From positions 1 to 57,044 of the forward strand of contig DATLWF010000598.1 in assembly GCA_035576605.1 (NCBI GenBank): DNA of 57,044 bases, read 5' to 3'. Shown here in pieces: positions 7,882-14,377 of the stretch. The position numbers and the translations under genes are program-made. Origin of the DNA: Blastocatellia bacterium (GTDB lineage Bacteria > Acidobacteriota > Blastocatellia > UBA7656). Position 1 is the stretch's first letter. Each line of letters starts with the position of its first letter. The notes under the pieces are model-generated. The model did no database searches. It was not told the origin of the DNA and saw only the letters and a program-made list of their open reading frames with translations.

Positions 7882-9237
7882 ATGAGATTCCTTGCATGCT
7901 TTGTGCTGTTTTCACTTGCGTCACCACCGATCATGGCTCAGCAGTCGTCTCAAGAGCGGAAGTCTTGGCCCGGACTAAACAGCTATCTTTCCGACTTGGT
8001 CAAGGCGCAGCAACAAGCGCGACAACAAGCTCAACAAGCGGCCAATGCGGCCACGCCGCAGAAAAAAGACCTGACCCTGGCGGATTCGGTCGACTTATTT
8101 CTTCAACAGAACCTTGAGATTGTCGCCGCGCGTTACGATATCGACACTGCCGACGCCGAAAAGCTCACCGCGCGAATCCGGCCGAATCCGGAGTTTAACG
8201 CCAGTTTCGATGACTTGCCTCTGGATTTCAGTGGTCCGTTCTTCTCCGAGCAGGAGATTGCATACGGGATCTCGCAGACCTTTGAGCTCGGCGGAAAGCG
8301 GCGAAAGCGAATCAACGCCGCGAACGCGAATGCCGAACTTGCGCGGGCGAATTTTCAAGTGACCATGTGGAAACTGACCGACGATCTAAAGCGAAAGTTC
8401 TACACTGTGGTCCTGGCGAGCGATCTGCTGAGACTTGCGAACGAGAACCAGAAGACCTTTGAAGAGATCCTCAAGCACACCACGGAGCAGTTTCAACAAG
8501 GTGAGATTTCCGGGCTCGACCTTCGCCGGCTCGAAGTCGAAAAGCTGAAGTTCGATACCGACGTGGCCAATTCGCGCCGAGACTATGAGGTCGCGCTCCG
8601 TGACTTCAGGTTGGTGCTCGGTGGCGACTATCGATCGATGGAGGTGGCTCCTGCCGGTACCCTCGATTACAAATCCTACGAGTTCGTGCTGGCCGATCTT
8701 CGTGACAAATCGCTCGCGTCGCGGCCGGACCTGAGGGCCGCTCAGATCAGCGAGCTGGCGGCGGATTCGAGCATCAAGCTTCAAGACGCGCAGCGGATTC
8801 CAGACCTCACCGTCGGCGTTGGCCTCAAGCGAATTTTAGTCGACAACACATACAGTTTCGGATTGGGCATAACGTTGCCGGTGTTCGATCGCAATCAAGG
8901 GGAGCGGGTCAAGGCTCTGATTCAAAAGAAGAGAGCTCAGAACGACCAGAAGATCCTGGCCAACCTGGTATTGAGCGACGTGGAAAAGGCGTTGGCCTCG
9001 TTCGAAAGCCAGAAGAACAGGGTCGAGCTTTACCGCACAGGAGTGCTCACCAAGGTGGAGGAGATCCAAAACCTCACCGACTTCTCATTTAAGGCCGGCG
9101 AGGGAACGGTGCTTGACCTTTTGGACGCGATCAGAACTCGCCGTGAAACTCTGGCGAGCTACTATCAAGCTCTCTTCGATTACCAGAATGCGCTGCTGGA
9201 TCTCGAGCTTGCGACCGCAACGCCTCTTCAGAAGTAG
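7882..9237 (+). CDS. TolC-family outer-membrane efflux protein (CusC/CzcC-like)
   Basis: This is track ORF 7837..9237, with start taken at ATG 7882, which gives the signal peptide MRFLACFVLFSLASPPIMAQQ. It has two OEP repeats and is followed by the adaptor and HME-RND pump genes. Confidence 0.9.
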   Translation: MRFLACFVLFSLASPPIMAQQSSQERKSWPGLNSYLSDLVKAQQQARQQAQQAANAATPQKKDLTLADSVDLFLQQNLEIVAARYDIDTADAEKLTARIRPNPEFNASFDDLPLDFSGPFFSEQEIAYGISQTFELGGKRRKRINAANANAELARANFQVTMWKLTDDLKRKFYTVVLASDLLRLANENQKTFEEILKHTTEQFQQGEISGLDLRRLEVEKLKFDTDVANSRRDYEVALRDFRLVLGGDYRSMEVAPAGTLDYKSYEFVLADLRDKSLASRPDLRAAQISELAADSSIKLQDAQRIPDLTVGVGLKRILVDNTYSFGLGITLPVFDRNQGERVKALIQKKRAQNDQKILANLVLSDVEKALASFESQKNRVELYRTGVLTKVEEIQNLTDFSFKAGEGTVLDLLDAIRTRRETLASYYQALFDYQNALLDLELATATPLQK

Positions 9238-9248
9238 CGCGCCGACGC

Positions 9249-9320
9249 CCGACAAACTTCACAGTTTGTCGCTGGCTGATCGTTGAATTTTGGGACTCGC
9301 GACAAACTGAAGTTTGTCGG
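9249..9320. repeat. REPIN-like doublet: two inverted 21-23-nt hairpin units around a ~28-nt spacer (copy A)
   Basis: CCGACAAACTTCaCAGTTTGTCG (9249-9271) and CGACAAACTGAAGTTTGTCGG (9300-9320) are reverse complements. Each unit is itself an 8-bp stem with a TGAA/TTCA loop. A near-identical copy lies at 25747-25816. Confidence 0.7.
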
Positions 9321-9340
9321 ACATTTTCAAAGGAGACACG

Positions 9341-10537
9341 ATGTCACCTCCAGGGTTGATGAAGGTTATTTTGCTTGGGCCGCTCGTGCTGGCGTCGGCA
9401 TGCGGCAAGAGCGCGGACTCCCCCTCGGCTAAAACAAACCAGGGAAATAGCTCGCAAACGGCACAGGCCCAGCCGCTTGACACTGAGACCGCGCAGCCGG
9501 GCACGGTGGCCAGCGCGATCCTTGCTACCGGAACGATCCTGGTTCCGGAAAATCGTATCGCCATCATTGGTCCTGTTCACGAAGGCCGCCTCATGCACCT
9601 TTACGCTGGGCAGGGCACGCACGTGAAGAAGGGCGAGAAATTAGCGGATCTCGAATCAGCCGATATCGACGAGGCTAAGTCTGAATACCTGAAAGCGGTC
9701 GCCGATTTCGAAAACGCGCGAAGGACGACCGCAGCCGAGATCAAACTCGCGCAAGCGAGCTTCGACCGCACCAAGCTCCTTTACGAGAAGAGCATTGCGG
9801 CTCAGAAGACCCTTCAGGCGGCCGAGCACGATCTGGAGGTTGCCAAGGCCGCTGGTGAGAGCTCGATTGCATCAACGAAGGCGGCGCTTGCAGCGGCCCG
9901 GCGCAAATTGCTGGTACTCGGGATGACGCGGTCAGACATAGACGGGCTGAAGGGCGATCAGGATCTCGGCGCTCTCTTTTCGCTCACGGCGCCGATAGAT
10001 GGGATCGTTGTCGAGCGCAATGCAACCATCGGCGCGACCGTCGGACCGGATTCGAGTCTATTCAAGATTATCGACAACTCCAGCGTTTGGGTCGATGCCA
10101 ATGTCTTCGAGAAGGACCTCGATCGAGTGAAGCTCGGGCAGGGCTCAAGGGTTTCGGTTCCCGCGGTTCCCGGCACGGTCTTCTCCGGCAAAGTAATTTT
10201 TGTTTCAAGCGTGGTGGATCCGGAGACACGCACGGTCAAGGTCCGCACCGAAGTTGCAAATCGGGATGGCAGGCTAAAACCGGATATGTTCGCCAACGTA
10301 CAGATCATCACCGAGGCTGATCGCTCAGCTATCTCCGTCCCCCAATCCGCGGTACTCAACGACGACGGCCAATCCGTGGTCTTTGTTTTGACCGCCGGAG
10401 GATATGAGAAGCGCGTGGTCACTACTGGTATTCAGAGCGATGACCGGATCGAGATTCGCGACGGCGTCAAAGCCGGCGAGAAGGTCGTCGTAAAAGGAAA
10501 CTACCTGCTGCTCGAGCAGAGCAAGGTCGTCCGCTAG
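9341..10537 (+). CDS. efflux RND periplasmic adaptor (CusB/CzcB-like, HlyD family), probable lipoprotein
   Basis: This is track ORF 9314..10537. ATG 9341 follows AAGGAG. It has a lipobox LVLASAC, a coiled-coil hairpin and a beta-barrel (…ITAPIDGIVVERNATIGATV…). It sits between the OMF and pump genes. Confidence 0.9.
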   Translation: MSPPGLMKVILLGPLVLASACGKSADSPSAKTNQGNSSQTAQAQPLDTETAQPGTVASAILATGTILVPENRIAIIGPVHEGRLMHLYAGQGTHVKKGEKLADLESADIDEAKSEYLKAVADFENARRTTAAEIKLAQASFDRTKLLYEKSIAAQKTLQAAEHDLEVAKAAGESSIASTKAALAAARRKLLVLGMTRSDIDGLKGDQDLGALFSLTAPIDGIVVERNATIGATVGPDSSLFKIIDNSSVWVDANVFEKDLDRVKLGQGSRVSVPAVPGTVFSGKVIFVSSVVDPETRTVKVRTEVANRDGRLKPDMFANVQIITEADRSAISVPQSAVLNDDGQSVVFVLTAGGYEKRVVTTGIQSDDRIEIRDGVKAGEKVVVKGNYLLLEQSKVVR

Positions 10538-10539
10538 CT

Positions 10540-10648
10540 GGGGAGCGCAGGCATCCTGCCTGCCTGTGCGCCGGAAGAGGCAGCAGGGATGCTCCCAGGG
10601 TTTTCGACTTGAAGAGGCAGGCAGGGATGCCTGCGCTCCCAGGGTTTT
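10540..10648. repeat. palindrome plus direct repeat filling the adaptor-pump intergenic gap
   Basis: GGGGAGCGCAGGCATCCTGCCTGCCT (10540-10565) is the reverse complement (one extra G) of AGGCAGGCAGGGATGCCTGCGCTCCC (10615-10640). The units GAAGAGGCAG...TCCCAGGGTTTT at 10574-10604 and 10611-10648 are direct repeats. The second ends at the pump ATG. Confidence 0.65.
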
Positions 10649-13600
10649 ATGACCGACAATTTCATCGCCTTCTTCTATAAAGAACGACTGCTTGTAGCGG
10701 TCGTCTCCATGCTGATCGTTGGCGGCGGCATTCTCGCGATGAGCAAGCTTAATGTCGACGCTTTTCCGGACGTCACTCCGGTTCAGGTTGAAATAGACAC
10801 TGAAGCTCAGGGGCTCGCGCCGCAGGAGGTCGAGCAGCTCATAACATTTCCGATTGAGAACGTGATGAACGGGATTTCGGGGGTGGTCAGAGTGCTATCG
10901 ATTTCCAAGTTTGGTCTGTCGGTGGTGACGGTCTACTTCAGCGACGACATAGACATTTACTTCGCTCGTCAGCAGGTCCTTGAACGGCTCTCGCTCGCAA
11001 AAGACAGGATCCCGCAGGGATTCGAACCGGAGATGGGCCCGATCACCACCGGCACAGGTCAGATATACCTCTACGAAGTCGTGGGAGCCGGCAGAAGCAA
11101 CCAGGAACTGCGCACGATTCAGGACTGGATCGTCAAGCTTCAACTGCGCACCGTGCCCGGTGTCGCCGACGTGCTCAGCTTTGGCGGCGACGTGAAGCAA
11201 TACCAGGTCATCGTGAATCAGGAGGCGCTGGTCAATTACCACATTGCGCTCAAGGCGGTTTTCGACGCCGTTCAGGCAAACAATCAAAACGCCGGCGCGA
11301 ATTTCATCGAGCACGGCGACAGCCAGTACATCGTTAGGGGGATCGGGCTGGTCAAGGACGTGTCGGATATCAAGAACATTGTCCTCGACTCGCGGAAGGG
11401 CACGCCGGTTCGAGTGAGCGACGTGGCGACGGTAGAGATCGGAAACGAGATCCGCCAGGGGGCGGTCACCAAGGACGGCGCGGGCGAAGTAGTGACTGGG
11501 ATCGTTCTGAAGAGGATCAATGAGAATACCGAGCAGGTGATCAATCGTATCAAGGCGAAGGTCGTCGAGATCAACAAAGCTCTGCCAGAAGGCGTCAGGA
11601 TTGTCGACTACTACGATCAGGGAGAGTTGGTCAGCAGCAGCGTGCACACAGTGGTCGAGTCGCTGATCGAAGGCGAGGCGCTCGTTCTGGTGATCCTCAT
11701 CCTGCTACTCGGAGACATCCGCAGTTCGTTGATTACGGCGGCGGCGATCCCGTTCTGCATGCTTGTGGCGTTCATTCTGATGTGGTACGACGGGCTGTCG
11801 GCGAATCTCTCTTCGCTTGGAGGGCTCGCGATCAGCATCGGGATGATGGTTGACGCCACCGTAGTAATGGTCGAGAACATCTATCGCCATCTCGAGGAGC
11901 ATCAGGAGACATCCGTCCGCGAGGCAATACTTGTTGCCGCTCAGGAGATCGGCCGGCCGATATTCTTTGCCATTCTCGTGATCATCGCGGTCTTTCTACC
12001 TGTCTTTACTCTACAGGGGATCGAAGGCAAGCTGTTTAAGCCGCTGGCCTACGCCGTCACCTTCTCGATGATCGGTTCGATGATGATGGCGGTTTGTATC
12101 GCACCAATGATGTGCGCCCTCTGGCTGAGGCTCAGGAAGGGGGACAGGCGTCCCAATCTGATCATTCGATTTGTAAAAAGCATCTACGTCCCGGTGCTCG
12201 AGTGGGCCATCAAGCACCGATATGCGGCGATTGCCATCGCCGTCTTGCTGATCGTGTGGAGCGTCGCGGATGTATTCATTCTGGGCAGCGAATTCCTCCC
12301 GACGATAGACGAAGGAAACATGCTTGTGAGGGCAACGATGCCCGCGAGCATCTCGCTCAATCGCGCGATCGACGTGTCGACTCAGATCGAGCGCGCACTT
12401 CGAGAATTCCCCGAAGTTGAAACCGTTGTCGCCAAGATCGGGCGCGCTGAACTTGGCGGCGATCCCGAGAGCGTCAGCAATGACGAGTTGTATGTCAGAC
12501 TGAAGCCAAAGACAAAGTGGACTACCGCCGAAACAAAAGATGACCTGGTCGACGCGATGCGTCATCGGGTGGAGGGATTCCCCGGAGTCAAATTCAACTT
12601 CTCTCAGGTCATTCAAACGCGAAATGACGAATTGATCTCGGGAATCAACGCCCAGATCGCGGTGAAGGTGTTTGGCGAGAACCAGGATACTTTGAAGAGG
12701 CTCACGGACGAGATTCGAGCCGCGATGTCCGGCATTCGGGGTGCGAAGGACCTCGCGGTCGAGCAAGTGGCCGGCGAGGAACACCTCGAGATCACGCTGG
12801 ATCGGGACCGGATCGCGCGTTACGGACTCAACATCTCCGACGTGCTGGAAGCGATCAAGATCGCCATCGGCGGCGACGAAGCAACCGATGTGCTCGAAGG
12901 CCAGCGGCGATTTGCGATCTTCATTCGGATGAAAGAGAGCTTCAGGGACCAGGTCGACAAGCTGGGCTCTATTCTCATCGCCGCTCCGGTGGCGGGAAGC
13001 GTGCCGCTCGGACAGCTTGCCTCGTTCACGCTGTCAAGCGGCGACTCAGTTATCAGCCGTGAAGACTCGCTGCGCCGGGTAGTAGTCATGTGCAACGTAG
13101 CGGGCCGCGACATCGGTAGCTTTGTTCACGAAGCGCAGACCGCGGTCGCGAGCCGGGTCAATATGGAACCCGGATACTTCATCACCTGGGGTGGTCAATT
13201 CGAAAACGAACAACAGGCCGTTCGCCGGTTGCTGATCGCAATCCCGATCTCGCTGTTGCTCGTATTCGTTCTGATCTTCGCCTGTTTCAATTCTCTGCGC
13301 AACACGCTGACGATCATTTTCAACATACCTATCGCGCTGGTAGGAAGCACGACGTTTCTTTTGATTTCAGGATTTCCGCTGAGCGTTCCGGCGATCGTCG
13401 GGTTCATTGCGGTGTTCGGAGTTGCCGTCCAGAACGGCATGGTGATGGTGTCCTACATCAACAAGCTCCGCGATCAGGGAATCGAGTTGCACGAAGCGGT
13501 AGTCACCGGCGCGACCGTCCGGCTACGAGCCGAATTGTTGAGCGCGCTGATCGGGAGCATAAGCTTGATCCCATTTATCATCTCGTCGGGAACAGGAGCA

Positions 13601-13726
13601 GAGATCGAGAAACCGCTGGCGATCGTCGTGGTCGGCGGGCTTGTGACTCGGCCGATCAAGATCGTTATTCTGCCGATGGTGTACGAATGGGTCGAACGTC
13701 GGGCCGCAAGACGGGCCGCGGATTAG
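10649..13726 (+). CDS. CusA/CzcA-family heavy-metal efflux RND transporter
   Basis: The 1025-aa ORF has 12-TM RND topology. The N-terminus is typical of HME pumps (FIAFFYKERLLVAVVSMLIVGGG...VDAFPDVTPVQV). The TM4 motif is SIGMMVDATVVMVEN. Confidence 0.95.
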   Translation: MTDNFIAFFYKERLLVAVVSMLIVGGGILAMSKLNVDAFPDVTPVQVEIDTEAQGLAPQEVEQLITFPIENVMNGISGVVRVLSISKFGLSVVTVYFSDDIDIYFARQQVLERLSLAKDRIPQGFEPEMGPITTGTGQIYLYEVVGAGRSNQELRTIQDWIVKLQLRTVPGVADVLSFGGDVKQYQVIVNQEALVNYHIALKAVFDAVQANNQNAGANFIEHGDSQYIVRGIGLVKDVSDIKNIVLDSRKGTPVRVSDVATVEIGNEIRQGAVTKDGAGEVVTGIVLKRINENTEQVINRIKAKVVEINKALPEGVRIVDYYDQGELVSSSVHTVVESLIEGEALVLVILILLLGDIRSSLITAAAIPFCMLVAFILMWYDGLSANLSSLGGLAISIGMMVDATVVMVENIYRHLEEHQETSVREAILVAAQEIGRPIFFAILVIIAVFLPVFTLQGIEGKLFKPLAYAVTFSMIGSMMMAVCIAPMMCALWLRLRKGDRRPNLIIRFVKSIYVPVLEWAIKHRYAAIAIAVLLIVWSVADVFILGSEFLPTIDEGNMLVRATMPASISLNRAIDVSTQIERALREFPEVETVVAKIGRAELGGDPESVSNDELYVRLKPKTKWTTAETKDDLVDAMRHRVEGFPGVKFNFSQVIQTRNDELISGINAQIAVKVFGENQDTLKRLTDEIRAAMSGIRGAKDLAVEQVAGEEHLEITLDRDRIARYGLNISDVLEAIKIAIGGDEATDVLEGQRRFAIFIRMKESFRDQVDKLGSILIAAPVAGSVPLGQLASFTLSSGDSVISREDSLRRVVVMCNVAGRDIGSFVHEAQTAVASRVNMEPGYFITWGGQFENEQQAVRRLLIAIPISLLLVFVLIFACFNSLRNTLTIIFNIPIALVGSTTFLLISGFPLSVPAIVGFIAVFGVAVQNGMVMVSYINKLRDQGIELHEAVVTGATVRLRAELLSALIGSISLIPFIISSGTGAEIEKPLAIVVVGGLVTRPIKIVILPMVYEWVERRAARRAAD

Positions 13727-13815
13727 CGTGAGGAGTTCCAGCCCTGACGCTGGAGCGCTCGGACGACCCGGCGCGCCCGATTTGGCGCGAGTAGAAACAA
13801 TCTGGAGGCGTTGGG

Positions 13816-14187
13816 TTGAAGACGCGAACTAGACAGACAAGACCGGACAGAGTGCGATCACGCATCGCGCTGACTATGCTCGTCCTGGTTGCGTACGCGT
13901 CGCTGATCAACGCGACTCACCATCATCACGGCCAGCTACGACAGCCCGTATTCGATTCAAGTATATCTTCCAGTGAGGATAGAAATTCCAGCCGGGCGCC
14001 AGCGTCAAACGACCCTTCGCACTGCGCCACGTGTCGATTACTGCGAGGATTTGATTCTGCGTTGCGGGCGCCTTCGATATCGTTTGACCTCTGCCCACGA
14101 TCTTTGAGCTATGAAACCAGGCAGCGCGTGCCTCACTTGCTCGGCGCTGCCGTCGTTTTCTCCATCCGTGGACCTCCCTTTGTCTAA
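13816..14187 (+). CDS. small membrane-anchored His/Cys protein (paralogue 2; DUF2946-like architecture)
   Basis: The 123-aa ORF has a TTG start after GGAGG, a basic N-terminus, a TM helix (IALTMLVLVAYASLI), THHHH, a Ser-rich linker, HCATCRL and a C-terminal IRGPP. It starts 89 nt after the pump stop and ends 190 nt before a TonB-dependent receptor gene. Confidence 0.65.
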   Translation: MKTRTRQTRPDRVRSRIALTMLVLVAYASLINATHHHHGQLRQPVFDSSISSSEDRNSSRAPASNDPSHCATCRLLRGFDSALRAPSISFDLCPRSLSYETRQRVPHLLGAAVVFSIRGPPFV

Positions 14188-14377
14188 GACCTGATCGCCA
14201 ACCATCCGAGCTCACCGGATCGCTCCGCATTCTCAGGATTCGAGCGAGGAGTTGTTTTGGGAATCCTGCTTGCGCCCGACCCGCGCCGCATGGCTCCACA
14301 AGTCCTGCTGCCTGCCAATCACCGGCAGCACGACTTTGGCATCAACCTTCATTCACTCAGACAAAGGAGAGTTGACT

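Noticed and set aside
7619-7885. An 88-aa ORF in the gap upstream of the OMF gene (it contains Cys and His residues).
   Set aside because: It has no RBS, shows mixed codon usage, overlaps the OMF start in another frame and resembles no family I recognise. I kept the region only as an unexplained 350-nt gap.
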